This document shows, piece after piece, positions 36,629 through 46,837 of a DNA stretch of 64,000 nucleotides. The stretch covers positions 51,666 to 115,665 of IMG/VR virus record IMGVR_UViG_3300044612_001159, one strand, 5' to 3'. The translations under genes and the position numbers were made by a program. The stretch's first letter is position 1. Each line of letters starts with the position of its first letter. The stretch is from a virus. The notes beneath the pieces are model-generated. The model searched no databases. It was not told the origin of the DNA and saw nothing but the letters and a program-made list of their open reading frames with translations.

Positions 36629-37299
36629 TATACCTCTTCCAGTGTTACAGAAACATTCCAGTAATCAAACTTGGTTCCTCTTTTTTCAACCGAATATGAA
36701 AAATCACTAATAAACATTTCAACTAGTTGATTATATTGCTGGAGATGCTTATACGGCTCTGGCGTACCCTTGAATATTCCTTTTCTATCATATGTAAGAA
36801 ATACCCAAAATGATCCCTTGTGTGAGTCATACCACTCTAACATGTCTGCTGCTCCTGCGCCTCCGTCTGTTGTGTATGCTTTATGTGGAGACAACCCAGT
36901 TGCTGAATTAAAATTTGGAAAATCCTCATGAGACCTAGATGGAATCATGTCCCAACTAGTGCTTATTGTAATCTTGTCTGCAATGTGATATGACCTCATT
37001 CGGCCATTAATCATTCGCTCCCGCTTTTCAATTCGCTCTGTCTTAATATCAATAGGCTGTCTGTTGTCATCAGTTAAAAATAAAAACTGGTCAACAAGAG
37101 ATTCATCCTCTATGCTTTCTGGATCAGTACCAACCTCAAAACCAATTGGGACATACAGTTTTTTCTTTGGGGTTGTTATGCTTGCAGGGTCTTCTACGAG
37201 TGTACCAGAATTTTCAGACCACAGCATACCGCTTGGTCTGTTATATTTTTTACGACCATTGACATACAACAGCCTTGGATCTACATCACCTTCTGCCAC
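36628..37299 (-). CDS. Distal tail-like protein
   Basis: Immediately after TMP; RERMINGRMR, WNVSVTLEEV. Confidence 0.6.
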   Translation of the reverse strand: MAEGDVDPRLLYVNGRKKYNRPSGMLWSENSGTLVEDPASITTPKKKLYVPIGFEVGTDPESIEDESLVDQFLFLTDDNRQPIDIKTERIEKRERMINGRMRSYHIADKITISTSWDMIPSRSHEDFPNFNSATGLSPHKAYTTDGGAGAADMLEWYDSHKGSFWVFLTYDRKGIFKGTPEPYKHLQQYNQLVEMFISDFSYSVEKRGTKFDYWNVSVTLEEV

Positions 37300-40200
37300 C
37301 TATAGCCACCCCCCTAATTCTTCTATCATCAACCCTCTTGATTGTTGCCATTACTGCTTGTGCAATTTCATCTGGATTTGCATCAGTCTTAGCATTAACT
37401 GTTAAGGTATATGTATTATTATACACTGAACCGCTAGACAATTCTCCGTTATTTATTTTTCTCATTGTATCTAGCCCATACGAATCAACAGCATATTTAC
37501 TCATAATAAACTCGCCTGGAGTTAACATTGCTGGAACTGTATCAGTACCCCTAGCAAATCCACCCATTGCAAATCTTTGAATTAAGCCACCCATGGCTTT
37601 CCAGTTTGCAAACTGCGATGCTGCTATGGCATTGCCACCAAACTTCTTAATATCTGCTGCAGCCTTTTTCTTTGCTGCTTCTTCTGCAGCCTTTTTAGCA
37701 TTTGCTGCCTTTACCTCTGCAGAAAATGCTGCTGCGGAGGCTGCTTTTTGTGCTGGAGTATTTGTTAGTTCGTCTAAATGGGCATATGGAGTGGCGCCCA
37801 TCTTTTTAATATTTGCATTAACAATTTCTTTATTAAAGGCATCTGCTCTATCCTTCATATTTAATAAATCATTAACATGGCTTCCTGCAGTTTGTCCAGC
37901 ATTCTTAGTAATATTTGCTACTGTAACAGCATTAGCCAATCTTTGCAAGTCTTCTAAATGAAGCGCTGCAGTTGATCCGCCAGTATTAAGACCATAGTTA
38001 AGTGCATCAGCAGTTGAAGATCCTGTACTGCCACTATTATTATTTGTGGTCGCACCGCCAGTATTTGTCGTGTTCACACCCCTAGGCTTGATGTCTGCTT
38101 GACTTGCCACACATTCACCTGTGTAATAATTGTAATATGGTCTTGAAGGTCCACATGGCCCTTGTGGTGTTGTAGTTGTTGTTCCCTTATCATCCTGAAC
38201 ACAGTTTCCATTTACCATGCTGAATCCTGTAGGACATGGTTTTGCACCTGTCTCATCCTTAACACAGTTTCCATTTACCATTTTGTATCCTGTAGGACAT
38301 ACTGTTTCGGCATCACTCTTAACGCAGTTACCATTAACTAGTTTAAATCCTGGAGGACATGTAGTAACACCTGGACCTTCATACTCTCCAGCGGGAATGA
38401 TTGGATCTGTATTTACTGTTTGATTCTTATAGGCAGCAATCAAAGCATTAACAATATTAAGAGCATCTTGCATTTGCTTAACGAATTGTGCGGAACTAAC
38501 TCTTGCAAGATCAACCTCATTTTTAATTCTTTCCCACGCATCTCTTGTTTTTCCTAATACAGTAATTCCCTCAATCGCTTTTTCTAAAGCAAGTTCGTTA
38601 AGTCTTAATGTCTCTCTGTTTGGCTCAAGACTCTTTTGTTCAATATCATAAATTTCGTCTTGAAGTTCTTTAATCCTTCCCTCAATTTCAATTCTACTTC
38701 TGCCGTCTTTAGATCTTAGTTGTGACAGTTCGTACTCTCTTGACTTTTCTAAGGCATCTCTTTGTTTTGTTACAGCATCGGCTGCAGACTGCGCTCTCAT
38801 TTCTTGTGCAGCACGAGCAGCAGCAGCAATGTCTCCAGATGTCAAAGCCTCAGCAAGAGTTAGTTGACCTTTCTGTTGCTGCGATATTGAGGCATTTGCT
38901 TTTTCAACTTCATCAAGAGCCTTTAATCTTTCATCATATTTTTCATTTACCTTGGCCTCTTGGTCTTCAATTTCTTTTAAGCCTATTTCCTGTATTCTGA
39001 TCTGTTCTTGTTTTACGGCAATTAGTTCTTCAGCCTTTTTAATTTCATCTTTTAATTTTTTATTTTCATCATCAAACTTAAATCTTAGCCTTGTTTCTTC
39101 TACATCAAACGCTTCCATTGCATTGCTATATCCAGTATCAAATATATCTTGCATTCCTTCAATAGTTACTTGCTTAAGTTTTAATTCAACCCTTGCTTTA
39201 TCTACTGCCTTCTGAAGCAAATCTTTAAAATCTTTATTGTCTATACCAAAATTAATTAATAAACCTTGTAGTGCAGAACTGTCCATAACTGCCTGGAGTT
39301 GTTCTTGTGTCAAACTTTCAAATGCTCCAGTGATTTTTGTTAATAAGTTTGCTCTATCTTTCAACTCTTGCTCTTCTTGTATACCAGCCTCTACAGCGGC
39401 ATATTCTCTTTTGGCCTTAGTTGATTTATTCCATGCCTTGGTTATCTTTTTTATTTGTTCATCAGACAACTTTTTATTGGCAATTGCTGCTGCAAATGTG
39501 GCATCTGCTACTGCTTCTAGAGCAACAGAACCCTCTATACCTGCTGCCTGCAATCTCTTAAGTGCTGCAGTTTGATTGCCTATTTGGTTGGCCATTTTTT
39601 GCTGCTCACTAACAAATTCTCCAAGTTTAACAGACTGTAGTGCATCTCCAATGCTCTTTGCACCATCTTTTATTTTTATAATATTTCCTTTTTTGTCAAA
39701 CTCAAACAACTTACCCTTCTGCTTTTCATATTCTTTAGGATCCATTCCGACTATGAGTTCAATCAGGTCTTCTCCTGCTCCTAGTTTTCTCATATCGTTT
39801 TCAATACCGCTAAAAATTTCAATAGTTTTCTTTCCACCAAATAGTTTATTTAGAGACTTGAATGAGGCATCAAAACCTTCTGTAACCTTGATTTGATTTT
39901 TACGAACATCTCTTAGGCGTTTTAAAAGATCATCTAATGGAGATGACTTTGGCTTATTTCCACTTCCTTTATTTGCTCCAGGTGCTGGCGCATTTGCAGT
40001 TATAGATGCCCCCTCTGTAACAGCCTTAAAGCCTTGCTGCTCTTTATAATGTGCAATTAGTGCAGCCTGAGACAATCCTTTGTACTGTGCTCCACCGTAT
40101 GTTCGTCCCTCAATTACTGTATTTTCTTTTAGCCATGTCTGATAGTCATCTGTTGCAACAATCTGTGGGTCTGGAACATTGATGACAGAAGCAATTGTAG

Positions 40201-43200
40201 TTGTATACACCTTTTGCTGGTCTTCTGTTAAAGTTTTAAAGTAATCTTCATTAAATGCATTAGTTCCTTTAACCTGTGGAATAATTTCGTACACCATGGT
40301 TGCTGTTAAATCTTTTTTGCCTTCAATGGCGTCAAGCATTGTGTTTAGTTGTTGATAGGCTGCATCATTTTCTGTGTAGTATTTAACCAAAACATTAGAC
40401 GGTATAACTGCGTTTAAATTGTTTAACTTAATCATATTTTTAGCAAAGTCTAGTGCGTCTGAATCTTCTTCAAATGCTGAAACTTTAGTAATAAATTGTG
40501 CCTGTACTGTTTTGTCAATATCTCCCTTAGCGTTAAGAATATTTTGAGCAGCAACACCAATTGATTCAGATGTAGCACCACTAAACTTTGTTATAATATT
40601 CATCATCTTTGGAGCAATGTCTTTGTTATCTGTTGCCATCTGAAGAAGTTGTCTAAAAACTGATGGAGGAATATCGCCACTTGCCATTTTTGCCTGAATT
40701 AAAAATTCTTGACCTTTATCTATTGCGCCATCTTTACGAAGTTGTCCTGCCTGTGCACCAACAACATCCATGTAAGCAATTTCATTTGGGTTATCTTTAT
40801 ATCTAGCCTTAGCAGCCTTTTTCATTCCACTCATCATTGACTCTTGCATTCCTCCAGCACTGTTGTACTGAGAAACAATATCTTCTTGAATAACTCTTTG
40901 TGCTGCTGTTAAATCATTTCTTTTATCAATTAACTTTTCTTGCAATTCATTTGCTTCATTAATTTTTCCTTGAAGTCTTAACTCTTCAACTTTCTTTTCC
41001 ATATACAAATCAAATGAATCTAGCATTTGCTTATTTTGCTCCATTGCAATTTTAGCATCTACTGCATATGCCGCTCCAAGTTGTGCAGATTGTTGAGTAA
41101 ATTTCTTTGAGGCAAAATATCCACCAATTGCTCCTGCTGCAGCACCGATACCGCCACCAATTATTGCTCCAACAGCATTTCCAAGAACTGGGACAACGCT
41201 TCCAAGAGCAGCACCAAGTGTTGCTCCTATCGCTGCGCCACCTGCAGCAGATGCGCCTATGCCTACCTTTTGCATTGTTTTTTGTCCAGCAAGTTTAGTA
41301 ATCATGCCAGCATTTTCAATGTTTGACATGTTTGACTGCATTCTCTTTTGATTTTCGGCAATCATTCTTGTTCTAACTTCAAGAGGGTTTTTATCTAAAT
41401 CCTCTCCGTTTGGTCCAAGAACTTTTTCCATTTGTGCAATAACTTTAAGGCCTATAGACATATCCCCTGCTTCTTTAGCAACATTCATTGCAAGACTTTT
41501 TGCCTGATTTACATCCATTGCTCCAGACATTACTGCAGTTGAAAGTTGACTTGTTAAATCAGAAACTGCTTGACCACCCCTGCCTGCTGCATTTTGTTTT
41601 GCTATGTTTTCAGTTAAAGCCTTTCCTTCTTTTGTTTGAGTAAAAGCCTCGCCGTATGTTGTTTTGCCTGTTGCTGGACCTAGCATTGAGAATGAATTCT
41701 TTCTTCTTAGATCCATTTGTTCTGATGCAGTTACTTTACCGCCAAACTTTGCGATACTTTGAATAGCAGAAGATGATCCTCTAAACTTTTCTGCTTCTTG
41801 CAAAACCTTTTCTTGAGCACTATTAAATGCCATTCTTAATGCAATAAATGCTCCAACTGTTGCTGTAAGCCCTGCAATTACTGCCATTACTGGGCTCTTT
41901 AGCATAGGCAAAATCATTGAAAGACCCATCAAAGGCATCATTATTTTTTGAGATATCTCCCCGACTTTTCCTGGAGCCATTGATCCTAGCATTGCAATAC
42001 CAGAAGCAGCCATGGCTGCGCCACCAACACCCATTCCTGGCCCCTTGCCTGCTGCGACTCTTGCGGTCCTCTTGCCTTCTCGCTTTTGAATATAAGACTT
42101 AATTCTTCCAGATGGGGTCATTTTTTCTCCATCTTGTGCCATGTTTGCAGCAACCACTGGCTGAGGAACTGGAGCCTGTGCTGCTATCTTACTTAGTCTC
42201 TTGTTATCTCTTTCTAACTTTTTTAGTTTACGACGAAGAGATTTTTGGTTAGCATCTATTGGCCCTGTTCCGTATAGAGCAGTTCTAGACGCTGCTGCAG
42301 CAGACTGTGAAATAGTTAGACCAATCTTTTGTCCTGTTGACTTAGCCTCTGCTATAGAAGATCTTGCTCCAGCAACTATTGATGAACCTATTGCACTGCT
42401 TGATTCTGGAGCATCTGCAAAACCAGGAACTCTTACACCTCTAGGACCTTGAACGATTCTCTTGCCCTTTTTGGGCTTATTCATTTCTCTTGTATCTTTT
42501 GGACTACCTGACTTAACGCCTCTAGTTTTTCTTCTTGTTTTTGGCTTTTCTGTTTTTCCATCTTCATCTTCAACCAATTCATCTGGCTTTACTAGAATAG
42601 CGTTATGCTTTGCGTGTACGAGTCTCCAGTTAACCTTTTTGCCTTCTTCAAGCCTGTCTATCATTGCCTGATAGTATTTTTGATCTTCTGGTCCAAGATT
42701 AAATTTTGCTATTGTTTCTTTTAGTTTTGGTAATGTTCTATCAATTTCAGCAATCATTGCTTTATGGTATTCATCAGGAGTCATATTCTTTGCAATGTCT
42801 GCCGTTGCATTTCCAAACCAGAACGGAGACTTTCCTGCTGCTGGGCCTTTAACTCCACTTAAATTCTTTTCTGCCATTTCAAGCATTGATGGCATTCTTT
42901 CTGCATAACCTCTTGCTCCAGATGCTCTATCTAGTACACCAGCCTTGCCAACATCTACCAACCTATTTCCGCCTAAGTTTCCTTTCTTTAGGTCGTCATC
43001 ACCACGAAGATTTGCTGCAACTAGTTGTCTAAAATATTGTTCCCTGCTAAAATTGCCTGACAATTCTTTTGGAGTAAACTTTGGATCATAGGCAGACTCA
43101 AGAGCAAACATTGTTTTTCCAGTGTATGGATCCTTAATAACTCTAAGTTCTTGCTTTGGAGCCTCAAGCCCATGAACATCTCTTGCTATTATTGTTGCTC

Positions 43201-46200
43201 TTTGCTCTGCAAGCGCTGCTCGCAAATCAGGCATTGGCTTTACATAAACTTTTTTGCCGTCTTCTGTTAGGAACACTCCAGAGGCATCACGAGCAGCAAC
43301 ATTGCTGTATCCAGTACCCTTTTCAAGTTGCTTGCCATATGTGGTAATTGGTCTGCCATCAATGTCTTCTGCGGTTAAGCCTTGTAGTGCTGCTCTTGCT
43401 TTTTCAAGAAGTTTTTTCCCTGCAGTACCGCCAATCTTTACTGCACCAGTGTCTCCACCAGATCTTCCAGTTTTAAATACCCAGTTTCCGTTTTTATCCT
43501 GTACTAAAGAACCATTATTTCTTTTATCTGTTAATGTCCAGTCATTTGGATTTTTAGACTTCTTCTTTCCACTAACTTCTGGTCTTTCGTATGCAACAAC
43601 CTTGTCACCATCTCGCTTAACATCAAGCATTATTCCTGGGGCTTTTTTAGCAAGATCCTCTATTGCAGAAACAACAGATGGGTTAGTGTTTGGAGCATAA
43701 GTTCTTATATTTTTGATAAGATCTTCAACAGCCATTTTCTTTGCGTCATACTTTATAGTTGAAGCAGATGCAGCGCCGATGCCAGCAACAGAGTATATCT
43801 TTTCAATTGCTGGTGCAATTCTTGGGTCTCTTGCAAGACCACCCATTACACCTGTTTTAAGATTACCCATTCGTGAGTATATTACTCTGTCACCTATTTT
43901 TGTTCCATCTGGAAGGTTTTGCAAAGACAATATTAAGTTTTTACGAATCTTGTTTGTTACTCTTGAAGCCTCGTCTGCGGTTAAATTAGAAGGTGGCTTC
44001 ATTAACTGAGAAGTCATTGTTTCTACAGCACGAGCCTTTCTTATTTCTGCCTCGTATTCTCTTACATCTAAAGCATTATTTGTAAGTTTCTTGTGAACTT
44101 CTTCTGGAATGTCAAACCCAAGTCCACGATATCCTAATGCTCTTTCAATTCCTCTTGCCCCAAGGCTTGTTCGTATATCTCCAAACTGATCAGAAATATT
44201 TCTTGTTTGCATTTGCTGTGGTTTGGTTGCATGTGCAAAAACTGTATCTGGTTTAGTTCTTTTCTTTTTAGTTTTAGGAACAGCCGTTCCATCATTAATT
44301 AAAGAAGTAATAACTGGTCTATTTGCTGGATCTTGTGCTGCTTGTGCAGGAATAACTGCTTCGCCAGGAGATAGCAATGCTGGGACAATATCGCCTGCAC
44401 CCATTGGTCCTGGAACTCTTTCAACGCCTGTTGAGTATCTTCTACTTTGTGGGATACCGCCACCTTTTCCACCTCTACCTACTGGTCCAGTAAATCCTAA
44501 TTGTGAAGCGATTGCCCTTTGATATGCTGCTGCAAGTGCATTTACTGCTGCAGTTTCAGAGGTAAAGGTTTGTCTAAGTTTTTGGTGAACTTGATCTAAT
44601 GATGCCGCTACTGCAGATGCCTCAAGTTGTTGTTGAGTTAAATAGTCTGTTTGGTTACCAAGTATCTGTGTTGATGAGCCAGCACGGTTAAACGAGGTTT
44701 TCATTGTTGCAAATAACTTAATTATATTTGCAAGTCCGTTAGCCAACAGACCGAATGTCATAAGAGCAATCGGTCCAATTGCTCCTAGCGCTACGGTGAG
44801 AATAGTTAAAAACTTTTTACTTCCTTCTCCCAGGTTATTAAATTTATCTAAAATCTTAGATGCAAATTCTACAATTGGAGTAAGAGCCTTTAAGAACTGC
44901 TCTCCAACTGGTGCAAGTGTTACCTTAAGATCTTCTATAGACTTTTTAAACTTATATGTTGTTGTATTTTCTATCTTGTCCAATTCTCGCTGTGACAGAA
45001 TTGCTAACTCTTCTGTTGTTGCTTTTGTTAATCCCAAAACTCTGGCTGCCTGAGAGCCCTCTGCAGTTACGTTCTTAAATAGTGTTGAAAGTCTTGAAAA
45101 CTGGAACTTTCCAAACAATTGCTCAATTGCTCTTGCACGATTAAGCGGATCTAGTGTATCTAAGGCTTGTGAAAACCCTACAACAGTTGCTGCAACATCT
45201 CCTTTATTTGCTTCAACAATACCTTTAATATTTATGCCAAGCCCTGCGAGCATCTTAGATGCTTTTTCAGATGGATTGATTAATGATGCTAAACCAGACT
45301 TAAGTGCGTTAGCGCCTTCTGATGCATTAATACCACCTTCCTTCATTGCTGTCAGGAAGAATGCAAGATCTTCAACATCTCCGCCCAATTGTTGAACCAC
45401 TGGTCCAGCCTTTGGAATTGCAACTGTTAAGTCTTCAATAGATACAACAGTTTGGTTTTCAACTGCGTTAAGGAAGTCAATCTTTTTTGCTAAATCTTCT
45501 GCTGCTACACCAAATGCATTTGTAACAGAAATAGTTGTCTCAAGTGCCTGCTCCTGTTCAACACCACCAAGAACAGCAAGTCTTGTTGCTTCGGTAACTT
45601 GTGCAGTAAGTTCTGCGCCCATCTTACCCATTGCTGCAGCATTTGCTGCCATCTCCATGGTTTTTTCTACCGCAACGCCATACTTAGTATATTCTTTTGC
45701 AAGTGTCTGTATCTGCTTAACCATTGCGTCAGTTTCTTCTTGCGTAGTAAACATTTCACCATAAACACGCTTAAACCTAATTGCTTGTTCTTCAAGTTTC
45801 ATGAAGGTTTTTGCAGCAGTAGATCCAAGAAGCATAAGCGGAACTGTAAAACCAACCATTAACTGGCGACCAGCCCACTGCGTATTCTTACCAAAATTTA
45901 ATAGATTTGTTGAGCCCTGCTTTAGTAATTGATTTAATAATTGCTGACGCTGTGCTGCAATCTGTGTTTGTGTAGCAAGATTTTTCATGTCCAGCGTAAG
46001 CGGTCTTACAGCAATGGCTTGAAGGGCTCCATTTGCCCCACGACCCATCTTTATATACTGGGTCTGGATATCTTTTACACGCTCTCGTGCAACTTTATTT
46101 ATTGTTTCAAATTCAGACTTAAAAAGCCTACCGAAAGTTTTAGTGGCTGCTCCAGTATATCTAAAATATTCTCTGGAGGATAGTTTATTTTTTTCTAAAG

Positions 46201-46438
46201 CATTAGTAAAGTGCTCTGTGCTTGTAGCAACCGTTCTCATGGCTGCTTGGAATTGTCCAGTAGCATTTATGCTGTTCATCAAGTTTTGTGCTTGATTTGC
46301 TGCTACCGCTGACGCTGCTGCGCCAGACTTTGACATCTGTGTGTGGAAGGCTGATATTTGACGCTGTAGAAGTTTTAAACTTGCTAAAGCATCTGACGTA
46401 TCAATATTTACATGAATATTGGATTGAACATCAGCCAT
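37286..46438 (-). CDS. Tape measure protein with internal kinase-like domain and Cys-rich repeats
   Basis: 3050 aa, TP901-type TMP core (ANALKSGLASL), TM segments, coiled coils, downstream of tail chaperones. Confidence 0.93.
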   Translation of the reverse strand: MADVQSNIHVNIDTSDALASLKLLQRQISAFHTQMSKSGAAASAVAANQAQNLMNSINATGQFQAAMRTVATSTEHFTNALEKNKLSSREYFRYTGAATKTFGRLFKSEFETINKVARERVKDIQTQYIKMGRGANGALQAIAVRPLTLDMKNLATQTQIAAQRQQLLNQLLKQGSTNLLNFGKNTQWAGRQLMVGFTVPLMLLGSTAAKTFMKLEEQAIRFKRVYGEMFTTQEETDAMVKQIQTLAKEYTKYGVAVEKTMEMAANAAAMGKMGAELTAQVTEATRLAVLGGVEQEQALETTISVTNAFGVAAEDLAKKIDFLNAVENQTVVSIEDLTVAIPKAGPVVQQLGGDVEDLAFFLTAMKEGGINASEGANALKSGLASLINPSEKASKMLAGLGINIKGIVEANKGDVAATVVGFSQALDTLDPLNRARAIEQLFGKFQFSRLSTLFKNVTAEGSQAARVLGLTKATTEELAILSQRELDKIENTTTYKFKKSIEDLKVTLAPVGEQFLKALTPIVEFASKILDKFNNLGEGSKKFLTILTVALGAIGPIALMTFGLLANGLANIIKLFATMKTSFNRAGSSTQILGNQTDYLTQQQLEASAVAASLDQVHQKLRQTFTSETAAVNALAAAYQRAIASQLGFTGPVGRGGKGGGIPQSRRYSTGVERVPGPMGAGDIVPALLSPGEAVIPAQAAQDPANRPVITSLINDGTAVPKTKKKRTKPDTVFAHATKPQQMQTRNISDQFGDIRTSLGARGIERALGYRGLGFDIPEEVHKKLTNNALDVREYEAEIRKARAVETMTSQLMKPPSNLTADEASRVTNKIRKNLILSLQNLPDGTKIGDRVIYSRMGNLKTGVMGGLARDPRIAPAIEKIYSVAGIGAASASTIKYDAKKMAVEDLIKNIRTYAPNTNPSVVSAIEDLAKKAPGIMLDVKRDGDKVVAYERPEVSGKKKSKNPNDWTLTDKRNNGSLVQDKNGNWVFKTGRSGGDTGAVKIGGTAGKKLLEKARAALQGLTAEDIDGRPITTYGKQLEKGTGYSNVAARDASGVFLTEDGKKVYVKPMPDLRAALAEQRATIIARDVHGLEAPKQELRVIKDPYTGKTMFALESAYDPKFTPKELSGNFSREQYFRQLVAANLRGDDDLKKGNLGGNRLVDVGKAGVLDRASGARGYAERMPSMLEMAEKNLSGVKGPAAGKSPFWFGNATADIAKNMTPDEYHKAMIAEIDRTLPKLKETIAKFNLGPEDQKYYQAMIDRLEEGKKVNWRLVHAKHNAILVKPDELVEDEDGKTEKPKTRRKTRGVKSGSPKDTREMNKPKKGKRIVQGPRGVRVPGFADAPESSSAIGSSIVAGARSSIAEAKSTGQKIGLTISQSAAAASRTALYGTGPIDANQKSLRRKLKKLERDNKRLSKIAAQAPVPQPVVAANMAQDGEKMTPSGRIKSYIQKREGKRTARVAAGKGPGMGVGGAAMAASGIAMLGSMAPGKVGEISQKIMMPLMGLSMILPMLKSPVMAVIAGLTATVGAFIALRMAFNSAQEKVLQEAEKFRGSSSAIQSIAKFGGKVTASEQMDLRRKNSFSMLGPATGKTTYGEAFTQTKEGKALTENIAKQNAAGRGGQAVSDLTSQLSTAVMSGAMDVNQAKSLAMNVAKEAGDMSIGLKVIAQMEKVLGPNGEDLDKNPLEVRTRMIAENQKRMQSNMSNIENAGMITKLAGQKTMQKVGIGASAAGGAAIGATLGAALGSVVPVLGNAVGAIIGGGIGAAAGAIGGYFASKKFTQQSAQLGAAYAVDAKIAMEQNKQMLDSFDLYMEKKVEELRLQGKINEANELQEKLIDKRNDLTAAQRVIQEDIVSQYNSAGGMQESMMSGMKKAAKARYKDNPNEIAYMDVVGAQAGQLRKDGAIDKGQEFLIQAKMASGDIPPSVFRQLLQMATDNKDIAPKMMNIITKFSGATSESIGVAAQNILNAKGDIDKTVQAQFITKVSAFEEDSDALDFAKNMIKLNNLNAVIPSNVLVKYYTENDAAYQQLNTMLDAIEGKKDLTATMVYEIIPQVKGTNAFNEDYFKTLTEDQQKVYTTTIASVINVPDPQIVATDDYQTWLKENTVIEGRTYGGAQYKGLSQAALIAHYKEQQGFKAVTEGASITANAPAPGANKGSGNKPKSSPLDDLLKRLRDVRKNQIKVTEGFDASFKSLNKLFGGKKTIEIFSGIENDMRKLGAGEDLIELIVGMDPKEYEKQKGKLFEFDKKGNIIKIKDGAKSIGDALQSVKLGEFVSEQQKMANQIGNQTAALKRLQAAGIEGSVALEAVADATFAAAIANKKLSDEQIKKITKAWNKSTKAKREYAAVEAGIQEEQELKDRANLLTKITGAFESLTQEQLQAVMDSSALQGLLINFGIDNKDFKDLLQKAVDKARVELKLKQVTIEGMQDIFDTGYSNAMEAFDVEETRLRFKFDDENKKLKDEIKKAEELIAVKQEQIRIQEIGLKEIEDQEAKVNEKYDERLKALDEVEKANASISQQQKGQLTLAEALTSGDIAAAARAAQEMRAQSAADAVTKQRDALEKSREYELSQLRSKDGRSRIEIEGRIKELQDEIYDIEQKSLEPNRETLRLNELALEKAIEGITVLGKTRDAWERIKNEVDLARVSSAQFVKQMQDALNIVNALIAAYKNQTVNTDPIIPAGEYEGPGVTTCPPGFKLVNGNCVKSDAETVCPTGYKMVNGNCVKDETGAKPCPTGFSMVNGNCVQDDKGTTTTTPQGPCGPSRPYYNYYTGECVASQADIKPRGVNTTNTGGATTNNNSGSTGSSTADALNYGLNTGGSTAALHLEDLQRLANAVTVANITKNAGQTAGSHVNDLLNMKDRADAFNKEIVNANIKKMGATPYAHLDELTNTPAQKAASAAAFSAEVKAANAKKAAEEAAKKKAAADIKKFGGNAIAASQFANWKAMGGLIQRFAMGGFARGTDTVPAMLTPGEFIMSKYAVDSYGLDTMRKINNGELSSGSVYNNTYTLTVNAKTDANPDEIAQAVMATIKRVDDRRIRGVAIGGRR
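38196..38359 (-). repeat. Three tandem CPxG(F/Y)xxVNGNCV repeats inside TMP
   Basis: About 60-63 bp units visible in DNA and protein. Confidence 0.9.
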
Positions 46439-46456
46439 CCATCAACACCTCTTTAT

Positions 46457-46780
46457 TTAGTTATTTACAAGATTACCAAGTAGAGTTGCGTCTGAAAGTC
46501 TAATTCCAGATGCCTCTTCGACAATCTTATATACTGTAGGAAGATCTATATTTTCTTCTAGGGCTTCCTTGTCTTCCGCCAACTCTGGCTTGTATTGTTG
46601 CATTGCGATTTGTACACACTCCATAAGTAGAGTCATTGACTTTTCATTGTCTTCCGCTACTTTGGCGATATCTTCAAACTTCTTCATAAACGGACGAAGT
46701 AGTGAGATCTTTAATGGTCTTACCTTGATCTTTGTTCCATCGATGAGAGTTACTGTCTTTTCTTCCGTGGCAGTTGCCAT
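46457..46780 (-). CDS. Tail assembly chaperone (G-like)
   Basis: Directly upstream of TMP; SD AGGAGGA; own promoter TGGTATAAT at 46808-46816. Confidence 0.75.
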   Translation of the reverse strand: MATATEEKTVTLIDGTKIKVRPLKISLLRPFMKKFEDIAKVAEDNEKSMTLLMECVQIAMQQYKPELAEDKEALEENIDLPTVYKIVEEASGIRLSDATLLGNLVNN

Positions 46781-46837
46781 TTATTCCTCCTTATAAGGTT
46801 AAAGTTAATTATACCATAGCGGAGTCTATTTTTTTTG

